64,000 bases of DNA. It comes from Clostridia bacterium (lineage in GTDB: Bacteria; Bacillota; Clostridia; TANB77; CAG-508). Below, piece after piece: positions 52,390 through 62,240 of this stretch. The notes under the pieces were generated by a model that saw nothing but the letters and a program-made list of their open reading frames with translations, was not told the DNA's origin and did no database searches. The stretch is taken from positions 111,058 to 175,057 of the forward strand of contig JAFUGK010000007.1 of assembly GCA_017469445.1 (NCBI GenBank), in the 5' to 3' direction. Each line of letters opens with the position of its first letter. Positions within the stretch are counted from its first letter, which is position 1. Position numbers and translations under genes: made by a program.

Positions 52390-52574
52390 TTTGGTATTAA
52401 CATAAATTAGTAGCGGCTGATAATTCTAATTTATGTTTATATATAGTCTAATCTTTTTTATAACTATTTTTCTATACAACAGATTATAGTTTCCTTTAAT
52501 TTGTTGTATAGAAAAATACATTTCAAATAAAAAAGAGATGACAAATAAAAATATTTTACGGAGGTGCTAAAAAT

Positions 52575-52937
52575 ATGGCTCGTATAGCAGGAGTAGATTT
52601 GCCTAGAGAAAAAAGAGTTGAGATAGGACTAACATATATTTATGGAATAGGACTAACAAGTTCTCAAAAAATCCTTAAAGAAGCTGGAATAGATCCAGAC
52701 ACAAGAGTAAAAGATTTAACAGACGATCAAATTAATAGTATAAGAAAAGCTATGGAAGGATACAAAACAGAAGGTGACTTAAGAAGAGAAGTAGCTTTAA
52801 ATATTAAAAGATTAACAGAAATCGGATGCTATAGAGGAATTAGACATAGAAGAGGATTACCAGTTAGAGGTCAAAGAACAAAAACAAATGCTAGAACTAG
52901 AAAAGGTCCTAGAAAATTAATAAGTAAAAGTAAATAA
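52575..52937 (+). CDS. rpsM: 30S ribosomal protein S13
   Basis: [26 protein letters not shown]. Confidence 0.95.
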   Translation: MARIAGVDLPREKRVEIGLTYIYGIGLTSSQKILKEAGIDPDTRVKDLTDDQINSIRKAMEGYKTEGDLRREVALNIKRLTEIGCYRGIRHRRGLPVRGQRTKTNARTRKGPRKLISKSK

Positions 52938-52955
52938 AAATAAGGAGGAAACCAA

Positions 52956-53357
52956 ATGGCTGTAAAAGGTTCAGTTAAGAAAACAACAACTAGAAGAAGA
53001 GACAGAAAAAACATCGATAAAGGTGCTGCTCATATTCATTCTAGTTTCAATAATACAATAGTAACTATATCAGATGTTCAAGGTAATGTTATAGCATGGG
53101 CTAGTGCTGGTGAATTAGGATTTAAAGGTTCTAGAAAAAGCACTCCATTCGCAGCAGGACAAGCGGCAGAAACAGCTGCAAAAGCTGCAATGGAACATGG
53201 ACTAAAAACAGTTGAAGTATATGTAAAGGGTCCAGGTTCAGGACGTGAAGCAGCTATAAGATCACTTCAAACAGCTGGATTAGAAATAAGTATGATTAAA
53301 GATGTAACACCAATACCACACAATGGATGTAGACCACCAAAAAGAAGAAGAGTATAA
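52956..53357 (+). CDS. rpsK: 30S ribosomal protein S11
   Basis: [20 protein letters not shown]. Confidence 0.95.
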   Translation: MAVKGSVKKTTTRRRDRKNIDKGAAHIHSSFNNTIVTISDVQGNVIAWASAGELGFKGSRKSTPFAAGQAAETAAKAAMEHGLKTVEVYVKGPGSGREAAIRSLQTAGLEISMIKDVTPIPHNGCRPPKRRRV

Positions 53358-53374
53358 AAAAGGAGGAGAATAAA

Positions 53375-54001
53375 TTGGCAAGATATAAAGATGAACAATG
53401 TCGTATATGCCGTAGAGAAGGTCAAAAGTTATTCTTAAAAGGTGCAAGATGCTATACAGATAAATGCAGTATAACAAGAAGAAACTATGGACCAGGTCAA
53501 CATGGTCAAAAGAAGAAAAAACTTTCTGAATACGGTACACAATTAAGAGAAAAGCAAAAAACAAAGGCTTATTACGGAGTAGGAGAAAAACAATTTAGAA
53601 AATACTTCGAAATAGCAGAAAATAAAAAAGGAATCACAGGTGAATTATTATTACAAATATTAGAAAGCAGATTAGATAATGTAGTTTACAGATTAGGATA
53701 TGGAAGTTCTAGAGCTCAAGCTAGACAATTAGTAAACCATGGTCAATTTGATGTAAATGGTAAAAAAGTAGATATACCATCTTACTTAGTAAAACCAGGT
53801 GATGTAATTTCAGTTAGAGAAATAAAGAAAGATAATAAAACAATAAAAGCAAATGCAGAAGAAAACGCATCTAGACCAGTTCCAGAATGGTTAGAGAAAG
53901 ATAATAAAACATTAAGTGGAAAAGTAATAAGATTAGCTGCAAGAGAAGATATAGATATTCCAGTTGCAGAACACTTAATAGTTGAATTATACTCTAAATA
54001 A
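53375..54001 (+). CDS. rpsD: 30S ribosomal protein S4 (zinc-ribbon type)
   Basis: TTG start; [23 protein letters not shown]; S4 domain. Confidence 0.93.
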   Translation: MARYKDEQCRICRREGQKLFLKGARCYTDKCSITRRNYGPGQHGQKKKKLSEYGTQLREKQKTKAYYGVGEKQFRKYFEIAENKKGITGELLLQILESRLDNVVYRLGYGSSRAQARQLVNHGQFDVNGKKVDIPSYLVKPGDVISVREIKKDNKTIKANAEENASRPVPEWLEKDNKTLSGKVIRLAAREDIDIPVAEHLIVELYSK

Positions 54002-54071
54002 AATCTATAAATTAATAATTGTAATAAAATATTTAATAATATATTTTAAGTTACAAGATAGGAGATAAGTG

Positions 54072-55019
54072 ATGATTGAATTCGAAAAACCAAATATTGA
54101 GTGCTTAGAAGTTGATAACGTAAATAACTATGCAAGATTTGAATGTCAACCATTAGAGAGAGGTTACGGAATGACAATAGGAAATTCTTTAAGAAGAATA
54201 CTATTATCATCTTTACCAGGTACTGCAATAACAAGTGTAAAAATTGATGGGGTAGTTCATGAATTTGCAACAGTACCAGATGTTGTGGAAGATGTTCCAG
54301 AATTGATAGTTAATTTAAAAAGTGTAAGACTAAAATCATTTGATAATGAAGAAAAATTCTTAAAAATTGATTTCAAAGGTCCAGGAGAAGTTACAGCAAA
54401 AGACATAATTACAGATGGAACTGTTGAAGTATTAAATGGAGACTTACATATAGCAACTGTTGAAGAAGGCGGACACCTTGTAATGGAGATGACTGCTGGA
54501 AGAGGAAGAGGATACAATACAGCTGATAAGAATAAAAAAGACAACCAAGCTATAAATGTTCTTCCAATAGATTCAATATTTACTCCGGTTAAAAAGGTAA
54601 ATTATACAGTAGAAAATACAAGGGTTGGGCAAATGGTAGATTATGATAAATTAACAATAGATGTATGGACAGATGGAAGCCTTAAACCATATGAAGCATT
54701 AAGCTTAGCTGCTAAAGTAATGGTTGGACATTTAGAATTATTTATAGATTTATCAGAAACAGCAAAAAACACACAAGTAATGGTAGAAAAAGAAGAATCA
54801 AAGAGGGAGAAAATCTTAGAAATGCCAATAGAAGAATTGGAATTATCTGTAAGATCATATAATTGCTTAAAAAGAGCTGGAATTACAACTGTTCAAGATT
54901 TAGCAAATAAATCTGAATCAGAAATGATGAAAGTTAGAAATTTAGGTAAAAAATCATTAGATGAAGTAGTAAATAAATTACATTCATTAGGTTTAGAATT
55001 TGCACAAGAAGAAGATTAA
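54072..55019 (+). CDS. rpoA: DNA-directed RNA polymerase subunit alpha
   Basis: [10 protein letters not shown]...; alpha NTD and CTD; start ATG 54072. Confidence 0.95.
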   Translation: MIEFEKPNIECLEVDNVNNYARFECQPLERGYGMTIGNSLRRILLSSLPGTAITSVKIDGVVHEFATVPDVVEDVPELIVNLKSVRLKSFDNEEKFLKIDFKGPGEVTAKDIITDGTVEVLNGDLHIATVEEGGHLVMEMTAGRGRGYNTADKNKKDNQAINVLPIDSIFTPVKKVNYTVENTRVGQMVDYDKLTIDVWTDGSLKPYEALSLAAKVMVGHLELFIDLSETAKNTQVMVEKEESKREKILEMPIEELELSVRSYNCLKRAGITTVQDLANKSESEMMKVRNLGKKSLDEVVNKLHSLGLEFAQEED

Positions 55020-55049
55020 AATATATAACAAAAAGGGAAGGTGAACAAA

Positions 55050-55574
55050 TTGGCTAAAAATAGAAAACTTGGTAGAACAACTGACCAAAGACTAGCAATG
55101 TTAAAAGGATTAACAACAGATTTAATACTATATGGAAAAATCGAAACAACAGAAGCTAGAGCTAAAGAAGTAAAAGCAATAGCAGATAGCTTAATAGCAT
55201 TAGCAATAAAGGAAAAAGATAATTATGATATGGTAGATGTTAAAGTTGTAAAAGCTAAGCTAGATAGCAACGGAAAGAAAGTAACAGAGCTTACAAAAAG
55301 CAAAAATGGAAAAGAATATTTAAAAGTTGTAAAAGAAGAAACAACAGAATCAAGACAAAAAGATAAACCATCTAGATTAAATGCTAGAAGAAAAATAATG
55401 AGAAATATAAATAAAGTAAAAGATGCAGATGGAAAGAATATAGATTTACCAGCTAAACTATTCGGAGAAATAGCAGAAAAATATTCAGATAGAGTTGGTG
55501 GATATACAAGAATATTAAGATTAGGTCAAAGAAAAGGTGACGCAGCAGAGGTTGTTATTTTACAATTAGTTTAA
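55050..55574 (+). CDS. rplQ: 50S ribosomal protein L17 (with Lys-rich internal extension)
   Basis: TTG 55050 gives MAKNRKLGRTTDQR matching the L17 N-terminus. It has a better RBS spacing than GTG 55041. Confidence 0.85.
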   Translation: MAKNRKLGRTTDQRLAMLKGLTTDLILYGKIETTEARAKEVKAIADSLIALAIKEKDNYDMVDVKVVKAKLDSNGKKVTELTKSKNGKEYLKVVKEETTESRQKDKPSRLNARRKIMRNINKVKDADGKNIDLPAKLFGEIAEKYSDRVGGYTRILRLGQRKGDAAEVVILQLV

Positions 55575-55585
55575 GAATTAATTAT

Positions 55586-55620
55586 GGGGGCGAATTTAAA
55601 TACTCGCTCCTTTTGTTTTT
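55586..55620 (+). terminator. putative terminator of alpha operon
   Basis: ggggcga...tcgctcc imperfect stem followed by ttttgtttttg. Confidence 0.45.
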
Positions 55621-55660
55621 GTGTTAATAACAAAATATTGGGCAAAATAATATAATAATA

Positions 55661-55689
55661 TTGACATACGTAATACAATGTAGTACAAT
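55661..55689 (+). promoter_or_regulatory. TA-operon promoter TTGACA-N17-TACAAT with overlapping TACAAT direct repeats (likely antitoxin operator)
   Basis: taatacaatgtagtacaat: repeat spans spacer and -10. Confidence 0.5.
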
Positions 55690-55710
55690 ATTTAAAAGGA
55701 GTTGATAAAA

Positions 55711-55929
55711 ATGACTATTTCTGTAAGATTAAACGAAGAAGATACAGAACTTATAAAAGCATACGCAGAAATTAAAAATATATCTTTATCAGATTTAATA
55801 AGGGAAGCTGTTTTGGAAAAAATAGAAGATGAATTAGATTTAAAGGCATATGAAGAAGCAATGAAAGAATATAAGAAAAATCCAAAAACCTATACACTTG
55901 AAGAAGTAAAAAAGGAGTTAGGAATATGA
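55711..55929 (+). CDS. relB: type II antitoxin (RelB/DinJ-like, ribbon-helix-helix)
   Basis: MTISVRLNEEDTELIKAYAE... RHH N-terminus; 4-nt ATGA overlap with toxin; start moved to ATG 55711. Confidence 0.7.
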   Translation: MTISVRLNEEDTELIKAYAEIKNISLSDLIREAVLEKIEDELDLKAYEEAMKEYKKNPKTYTLEEVKKELGI

Positions 55930-56201
55930 AAAAATACAAAGTAGTATTTACAGATAAAGCAAAAAAACAATTTAAAAAATTAGATAAGCATATTGAACTA
56001 TTATTAATGGGTTGGATTGAAAAAAATCTAGAAGGATGTTCTAATCCAAGATTACATGGAAAAGCATTAATTGCAGATAAAACAGGTAAATGGAGATATA
56101 GGATTGGAAATTATAGATTAATTGCCCAAATAGAGGATGATAAAATTATAATACTAATATTGAATGTTGGGCATAGAAGAGAAATATATAAGAAAGATTA
56201 A
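55926..56201 (+). CDS. relE: type II toxin RelE/ParE family
   Basis: 91 aa; KVVFTDKAKKQFKKLDK...WRYRIGNYRLIAQIEDDKIIILILNVGHRREIY classic RelE fold sequence. Confidence 0.8.
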   Translation: MKKYKVVFTDKAKKQFKKLDKHIELLLMGWIEKNLEGCSNPRLHGKALIADKTGKWRYRIGNYRLIAQIEDDKIIILILNVGHRREIYKKD

Positions 56202-56202
56202 A

Positions 56203-56237
56203 CTAGTAAATAAAATAAAAAGTTTACTGGTTTTTTT
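56203..56237 (+). terminator. rho-independent terminator whose T-tract runs into next -35
   Basis: ctagtaaa...tttactgg stem + T7. Confidence 0.5.
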
Positions 56238-56238
56238 A

Positions 56239-56267
56239 TTGCAAATTTTATTTCGTTATGATATAAA
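56239..56267 (+). promoter_or_regulatory. repeat-family promoter copy 1 (TTGCAA-N17-tgaTATAAAt)
   Basis: near-identical to 58342-58370 and 60847-60875. Confidence 0.55.
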
Positions 56268-56323
56268 TATTTTATAAAATATTTATGGGTAGAATATTGC
56301 TCATATGTGAAAGGATGAATTTT

Positions 56324-58258
56324 ATGAAAAAAACTAAAGAGATTCGAGGTATTACATTAATAGCATTAGTAATAACAATAATAGTATTACTAATACTAGC
56401 AGGAGTAGCACTTGCTACACTTACAGGGAATAGTAGTATAATAGATAATGCAAATTATGCAGTAGAGGAATACAATAAATCTGCCAATTCAGATCAAAAT
56501 GTATTAAATCAGGTAGAAGATTTATTTGCTAAATATATGGGAACAGAAACTAAATACACAATAACATATAATGCAAATGGTGGAACAGGAACAATGGAAG
56601 TAGAGCAATCTTCAAGGACAGGTATAAATAAGTTTGTACCACCAGAAGGAAAAGTGTTTAAACATTGGAATGTATCAGCAGATGGAAGTGGGACAAGTTA
56701 TAGAGAAGGAGCACAAGTTTCATCTGATGTGACATTATATGCTATATGGGCAACAAAAATAGAACAACAATATGGTAATCTAGTAAATGAACAAAATGAA
56801 ACAGTAACACCAGAATTATTTGAATGGGAGCCAATAACAGAACCAGGAGTGGCAGTAATAAGACATAATTCAAATGCAAATGGAGTAGATGGAATAGTAT
56901 CAAGAGGAGATACACCTACTGCAACAACACTAAAAGGAACAGCAAAAATAACGGGAATAAATTGGGAGTATTTTGCAAGTGGCGATGATTCAAGTATTTT
57001 TGAAGTAAAAGAAAATGATAAAAAAGGATCTACATGGTCTGAGGAATATGCGGGTATTGTTACTAATTATGAAGCTTTTGGATCTACAGGATATACAATA
57101 AGTGTAAAAACAAACCAAAAGATGAATGAAATTAAGAACAAAATGAAAAAATTGATAATACCATATGAAGTAACAAAAGAAGTTGATGGGGTCACAAAAA
57201 CATATACAGTTACAGATATAGATGCAAAATATATGTATAACGATGTTGAATTTAAAATCTTAGAAGATACAGACGTAGATATGGGAAGCTACAGTGAAGT
57301 GGAAAGTGGAAGTATATCATTTTATGAATTCTTTTATGGAACAATTGACGAAAATGAATCATCATACTTGATTATTCCAAGCTGTATAGAACATATAGGA
57401 AATATAAATATTTTCCCATGTGAATATATAGTGTTTGCAGAAGATAGTAATCTTACGGGATTTGGCGTTGAAAAAGCGCCAAAAGAGCCTTTAACAAATA
57501 TATATACTAAATCTATCATATTACCAAATGATATTCAAAAAGTAGGGAAAAAGGCATTTTCAAACTTTACTGCACTAGAGAGTATTATAATACCAGATAG
57601 TGTAACAGAAATAGGAGAATCAGCATTTGAAGGATGTTCAAGTCTTAAAAATGTAACAACGCCAAGAAATTTAAAAATTATAGGACCTTCTGCATTCAAA
57701 GATTGTGATAAATTAGAAAACATAACAATACCAAGTGGGGTTACTTATATTGGGGGTTCAGCATTCTCGGGTTGTAGAGAACTAACAAATGTAGTATTAC
57801 CGAATGGTATTAAAAGAATAGACTTTGCAGCGTTTAATGGTTGCGCAAAAATAACAAGCATGGAGATACCAGATAGTGTAATTGAATTAGGAACTAGGGC
57901 ATTTTCTGGTTGCAAATTAACAAGCTTAACGATACCAAATAGTGTGACAAAATTAGGGAGCTCTATAGTTGAAAACTGTACTACTTTAACAAGTATAGTA
58001 TTTCCAGAAAATATGACAGAAATGCCATATAAAATATGTTCTGGATGTACCGGATTAGAAAGTATTACTATTCCAGATGGAGTTACTAATTTTGGAATAG
58101 GATGTTTCTATAACTGTACAGGGCTTAAAACTATAAATTATAAAGGTGTTGAGTATAGAAAAATTTCAGATTTTAAAAATGCATTGACAGCAAATGGAAT
58201 TAAATTAAATACAACAGGTGAGCCTTCATTTGGAAATGTAAGCTTAATAGATGACTAA
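56324..58258 (+). CDS. surface protein paralog D: pilin-like N-module + Flg_new repeat + GINW middle module + BspA-type LRR C-terminus
   Basis: MKKTKEIRG|ITLIALVITIIVLLILAGVALATL; YTITYNANGGTG...HWNVSADGSGTSY...TLYAIW; ~10 LRR_5 repeats; RBS aaagga 8 nt upstream of ATG 56324. Confidence 0.65.
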   Translation: MKKTKEIRGITLIALVITIIVLLILAGVALATLTGNSSIIDNANYAVEEYNKSANSDQNVLNQVEDLFAKYMGTETKYTITYNANGGTGTMEVEQSSRTGINKFVPPEGKVFKHWNVSADGSGTSYREGAQVSSDVTLYAIWATKIEQQYGNLVNEQNETVTPELFEWEPITEPGVAVIRHNSNANGVDGIVSRGDTPTATTLKGTAKITGINWEYFASGDDSSIFEVKENDKKGSTWSEEYAGIVTNYEAFGSTGYTISVKTNQKMNEIKNKMKKLIIPYEVTKEVDGVTKTYTVTDIDAKYMYNDVEFKILEDTDVDMGSYSEVESGSISFYEFFYGTIDENESSYLIIPSCIEHIGNINIFPCEYIVFAEDSNLTGFGVEKAPKEPLTNIYTKSIILPNDIQKVGKKAFSNFTALESIIIPDSVTEIGESAFEGCSSLKNVTTPRNLKIIGPSAFKDCDKLENITIPSGVTYIGGSAFSGCRELTNVVLPNGIKRIDFAAFNGCAKITSMEIPDSVIELGTRAFSGCKLTSLTIPNSVTKLGSSIVENCTTLTSIVFPENMTEMPYKICSGCTGLESITIPDGVTNFGIGCFYNCTGLKTINYKGVEYRKISDFKNALTANGIKLNTTGEPSFGNVSLIDD

Positions 58259-58302
58259 ATAGAGAATGAAGATTCCAAATAAATATATTAGAATTTGTAT
58301 AT

Positions 58303-58340
58303 AAAAAACAATGTAAATAATTTAATTTACATTGTTTTTT
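58303..58340 (+). terminator. rho-independent terminator
   Basis: aaaaaacaatgtaaat-aattt-aatttacattgtttttt. Confidence 0.65.
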
Positions 58341-58341
58341 A

Positions 58342-58370
58342 TTGCAAATATTGTTATGTTATGATATAAA
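58342..58370 (+). promoter_or_regulatory. repeat-family promoter copy 2
   Basis: ttgcaa 58342-58347; tataaa 58365-58370; same gttatgatataaat block. Confidence 0.55.
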
Positions 58371-58401
58371 TCTATCAAGAGAATATTATAAGGAAATATA
58401 A

Positions 58402-60009
58402 ATGGTGCAGAAGATGAAAAAGTTTATTAGTAAAAATTGGTTAATACTAGTATTAATATTAATAACAATTTTAAGAATTGTGCTAACATTTAATTTGCCT
58501 AGTTTTTATATAAATAATTTGCGATATGATGATAAATTGATGATAAGCCAATTAAGTGCTATGGAAAGAGACAAATACTTAGGTAAGTATAATGATGTTA
58601 CAATGGTTAAAGGTATAGCATATCCAATATTTCTATATTTAATAAGATTAACTAATATGAGTTATGGCTTTATAATAACAATAATATATATATCAGCATG
58701 TATATTCTTTGTTAATGCATTAAGAAAAATAATAAAAGATAAATCAGTTTTAGCAATAATATATATCTTTTTGCTTTTTAATCCTATTAGTTATTCAAGC
58801 GAGTTATTTCAAAGATTATATAGAAATGGGCTAACAATAATTGAGCTACTATATTTCTTAGGAATTATAGTAAATATTATTACTTCTAAAAAGAATTCAT
58901 TTATTAATTATATATTTTTAGGGTTAATAATGTCTTTTATGCTTTTAACACGAGAAGATAATATATGGATAATCATTGTGTTTGCAGTTTTAGTAATATA
59001 TAAATTGTATAAGGAATTTAAAATAAAAAACGTTTTAAAATTTTCAAGTGCAGTATTGGTAGCTTTTATAGGACTAAACATAGTATCATATATTAACTAT
59101 AAGAACTATGATATATATACATACAATGAATTAACAGATTCAAATTTCAAGGATGCATATATTAAAATACTTCAAATAAAGGATGAAAAAAAAGAAAATC
59201 AAGTAGCAATTACTAAAGAAACATTATATAAACTTTCAGAGAAATCTGAAATGTTTAATATTCCTAAAGGATTTATTGATTTAAAGTATCAAAAATTGGC
59301 AGATGAAAATGGAGAAATATATAATGGTAATATAGTTTGGTATATAAGAGCTTGGGTATATCAAGTAAATGGCTTTAAAAATGGTAAAGAGGCAAATGAG
59401 TATTGGGGAAAGTTAAGTAATGAAATAGAAGAGTTATTTGAAAAAGGTGAATTAGAAAGAGAATTTGTTATTCCATCTGTAAAACTCAATACACCGACAA
59501 TTGATGAAATAGCAGAATTACCTAAGAATTTTATAGATGCAATTATATATACTACAACATATAAAAATGTTAAAAGCTTTACAAAAAAAGATATGGAAGA
59601 TAGATACTTTGTATTTGATGAAAAATTTGATGCATATTATACAACATTTAGAGATTATCATGATGCAGAGAACATTATAGATAATAACCCAATTGGATTT
59701 GAAATGATAAGAATTGTATATATGTGCTTCACAGTAGTATTTAGTATTATAGCATTAGTTATTTATGTGAAAAATATTAAAATTAGAGATAAGCTAAACT
59801 TATTAACACATATTACTTTACTTGTTTATTTAATAATATTAGCAGGAATAGCATATACACATACAACAGCTTTTTCATCAATCAGATATTGTTACTTAGG
59901 AAATGTTTATATATTACAAAATTTATTTATATTATTAAATGCGGCAAGAGTGTATGATAAGAAAAGAGGAAATAAGAATGATATCAGTAATAATACCAGC
60001 ATACAATGA
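58402..60009 (+). CDS. GT-C-fold-like polytopic membrane protein (putative lipid-linked-sugar-dependent glycosyltransferase, GtrC/PMT-like)
   Basis: 535 aa; N-terminal TM then loop with RYDDKL acidic motif; ~8 N-terminal and ~3 C-terminal TMs with a soluble middle; immediately upstream of and overlapping a GtrB-like GT2. Confidence 0.4.
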   Translation: MVQKMKKFISKNWLILVLILITILRIVLTFNLPSFYINNLRYDDKLMISQLSAMERDKYLGKYNDVTMVKGIAYPIFLYLIRLTNMSYGFIITIIYISACIFFVNALRKIIKDKSVLAIIYIFLLFNPISYSSELFQRLYRNGLTIIELLYFLGIIVNIITSKKNSFINYIFLGLIMSFMLLTREDNIWIIIVFAVLVIYKLYKEFKIKNVLKFSSAVLVAFIGLNIVSYINYKNYDIYTYNELTDSNFKDAYIKILQIKDEKKENQVAITKETLYKLSEKSEMFNIPKGFIDLKYQKLADENGEIYNGNIVWYIRAWVYQVNGFKNGKEANEYWGKLSNEIEELFEKGELEREFVIPSVKLNTPTIDEIAELPKNFIDAIIYTTTYKNVKSFTKKDMEDRYFVFDEKFDAYYTTFRDYHDAENIIDNNPIGFEMIRIVYMCFTVVFSIIALVIYVKNIKIRDKLNLLTHITLLVYLIILAGIAYTHTTAFSSIRYCYLGNVYILQNLFILLNAARVYDKKRGNKNDISNNTSIQ

Positions 60010-60841
60010 GGAAGAAGCAATAGAAAAAACAATAGATGAAGTAAAAGAAGTTATGAAAAGTAACAAGCTAAATGATGGATTGGAAATAATAGTAGTAAAT
60101 GATGGCTCAACAGATAAAACAAGTAAAAAAGCTGAAGCAAAAGGCGTAACAGTAATAAATAATCCTCAAAATATGGGATATGGTTATTCGCTAAAAAAAG
60201 GAATAAAAGCTGCTAAAAATGAAACCATTGTAATAACAGACGCAGATTTAACATATCCGTTTTCATCTGTACCAGAAATGTTAAAAATGAAGGAAAAAGG
60301 ATTTGACCTTGTGGTAGGAGCAAGAAGCGGAAAGTACTATAAACAATCAATTTTTAAAAACATGCTAAGAAAAATATTAAAAGGTTTTGTAGAGTTTATT
60401 TCTGGCAAAAAAGTAAAAGATGTAAACTCTGGCTTAAGAGTATTTGACAAATCTACAGTAATTAAGTTTTTTCCAAGATTATGCAACACATTTAGCTTTA
60501 CAACTTCGCAAATGCTTGCATACGCAATGAATGACTTGACAATATATTATGTGGATATTCCATATAATAAAAGAACAGGAAAAACAAAAGTAAAACTTTT
60601 AAAAGATTCAATAAAATCGATGAGATATATTCTTGAGGCTGGGATATACTATAATCCACTTAAAATATTCGTTTTGTTGACACTGATATGTATAGCGCTA
60701 TCTGTTATTGGATTTTTATGTTCTCATTTCCTAAAAATAAACGCAGGATATGTTTTAGGAATTGGTGGACTTTTAGTATCAATTATAGTATTTGCATTAG
60801 GAATACTATCAGCATTATTAAAACAAATAATGGATAAATAA
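59978..60841 (+). CDS. polyprenol-phosphate glycosyltransferase (GtrB/CsbB/Ppm1-like GT2 with two C-terminal TM helices)
   Basis: MISVIIPAYNEEEAI...VVNDGSTD...ITDADL then C-terminal TM pair; start ATG 59978 with RBS aaagagga. Confidence 0.75.
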   Translation: MISVIIPAYNEEEAIEKTIDEVKEVMKSNKLNDGLEIIVVNDGSTDKTSKKAEAKGVTVINNPQNMGYGYSLKKGIKAAKNETIVITDADLTYPFSSVPEMLKMKEKGFDLVVGARSGKYYKQSIFKNMLRKILKGFVEFISGKKVKDVNSGLRVFDKSTVIKFFPRLCNTFSFTTSQMLAYAMNDLTIYYVDIPYNKRTGKTKVKLLKDSIKSMRYILEAGIYYNPLKIFVLLTLICIALSVIGFLCSHFLKINAGYVLGIGGLLVSIIVFALGILSALLKQIMDK

Positions 60842-60846
60842 ATTTA

Positions 60847-60875
60847 TTGAAATTTATATTTTGTTATGATATAAA
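60847..60875 (+). promoter_or_regulatory. repeat-family promoter copy 3 (TTGAAA-N17-tgaTATAAAt)
   Basis: shared block ttttgttatgatataaatatttta. Confidence 0.5.
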
Positions 60876-60918
60876 TATTTTAGAAAATATATGTAGGTAA
60901 ACAGAAAGGATGAATTCT

Positions 60919-62172
60919 ATGAAAAGAACAAAAGAACAAGGTATTACATTAATAGCATTAGTAATAACAATAATAGTGCTATTAATATTAGCAGGAGTGG
61001 TATTAGCCACATTAACAGGAAATAGTAGCATAATAGATAATGCAAATTATGCAGTTGGAGAGTATAGTAAATCTGCAAATGCAGACCAAAATGTATTGAA
61101 TAAAGTAGAAGATTTATTTGCTAAATATATGGGAACAGAAACTAAATACACAATAACATATAATGCAAATGGTGGAACAGGAACAATGGAAGAAGAGGAA
61201 GCATCAAGAACAGCAACAAGTACATTTATACCACCAGAAGGAAAACAATTTAAAGAATGGAATACAGCGGCAGATGGAAGTGGGACAAGTTATGCAGCAG
61301 GAGCACAAATCCCATCAAATGTGGATTTATATGCAATATGGTATGACCCATTAAGCGCACATGTAAGTGTAGGAGATTATATAGAATATAATCCAACATT
61401 AGGAGTTACAAATCAGAGTTTAATTAATTATACAAGTTCAGTGGGAACAATTAAGGTAAAAAGTGGAAATGATTATGTTTTAAATGAAGATGGTACAAAT
61501 ACGGAATCGTTTGTATATAATGGAGCATATAATTTAATAAATCAGAATGGAGAAATAGTAACAGAAGGGTATACAGTGGAAAGTGACATACCAGGAAATG
61601 GATATGGTAATCAAGAATTTGAAGCATCATCAACAAATAACCTATGGCTAGTTCTTGGTATAGATGAAGAAACTGGAATGATAAAAATTGTTCCTGATTC
61701 TGCAATTTTAACGAAAACAAGCCAATTATTTACGTTAAAAGGATTAAGAGGATATAAAAATGGAGAAACAGAATTAGATAATATAAGTAGAATATTTGGC
61801 TATGGACAAGGTGCAGATTCTTCTAAAACTAGAAGTATAAGATTAGACGAAATAAATGTATTAACACATTATAGCCCAAGTTCTAGAAGTTATACGATAG
61901 AAGGTATAAATAAAACATTTAATGATAACTCATGTTATTATACAGATGATGATGATGGGTATGGTCATGATATTTATACATGTGATAATGATAAAATAAA
62001 TAATCTAATATATATAGGAAAAAATAATTGGATTGCAAATAAGGTGGTTGTTTGTGAAGAGCATTATGGAGAAGCAGTTGGATTTTCTGTTAGCTGTGCA
62101 TGTGAAGGTTATTTTGCTAATGCTATAAGATATGGATATGATTTATTCGAAGTAAATGATGAACGGAGATGA
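60919..62172 (+). CDS. surface protein paralog E: pilin-like N-module + Flg_new repeat + distinct Cys/Asp-rich domain; probably continues downstream through two frameshifts
   Basis: MKRTKEQG|ITLIALVITIIVLLILAGVVLATL; 5' 250 nt ~90% identical to paralog D at DNA level. Confidence 0.55.
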   Translation: MKRTKEQGITLIALVITIIVLLILAGVVLATLTGNSSIIDNANYAVGEYSKSANADQNVLNKVEDLFAKYMGTETKYTITYNANGGTGTMEEEEASRTATSTFIPPEGKQFKEWNTAADGSGTSYAAGAQIPSNVDLYAIWYDPLSAHVSVGDYIEYNPTLGVTNQSLINYTSSVGTIKVKSGNDYVLNEDGTNTESFVYNGAYNLINQNGEIVTEGYTVESDIPGNGYGNQEFEASSTNNLWLVLGIDEETGMIKIVPDSAILTKTSQLFTLKGLRGYKNGETELDNISRIFGYGQGADSSKTRSIRLDEINVLTHYSPSSRSYTIEGINKTFNDNSCYYTDDDDGYGHDIYTCDNDKINNLIYIGKNNWIANKVVVCEEHYGEAVGFSVSCACEGYFANAIRYGYDLFEVNDERR

Positions 62173-62240
62173 ATTATGTGCTAGTGATAGTTATGGAGTT
62201 TTACCAGTAGTATTTCTAAATCCAAGTGTTGCTGGAATAA

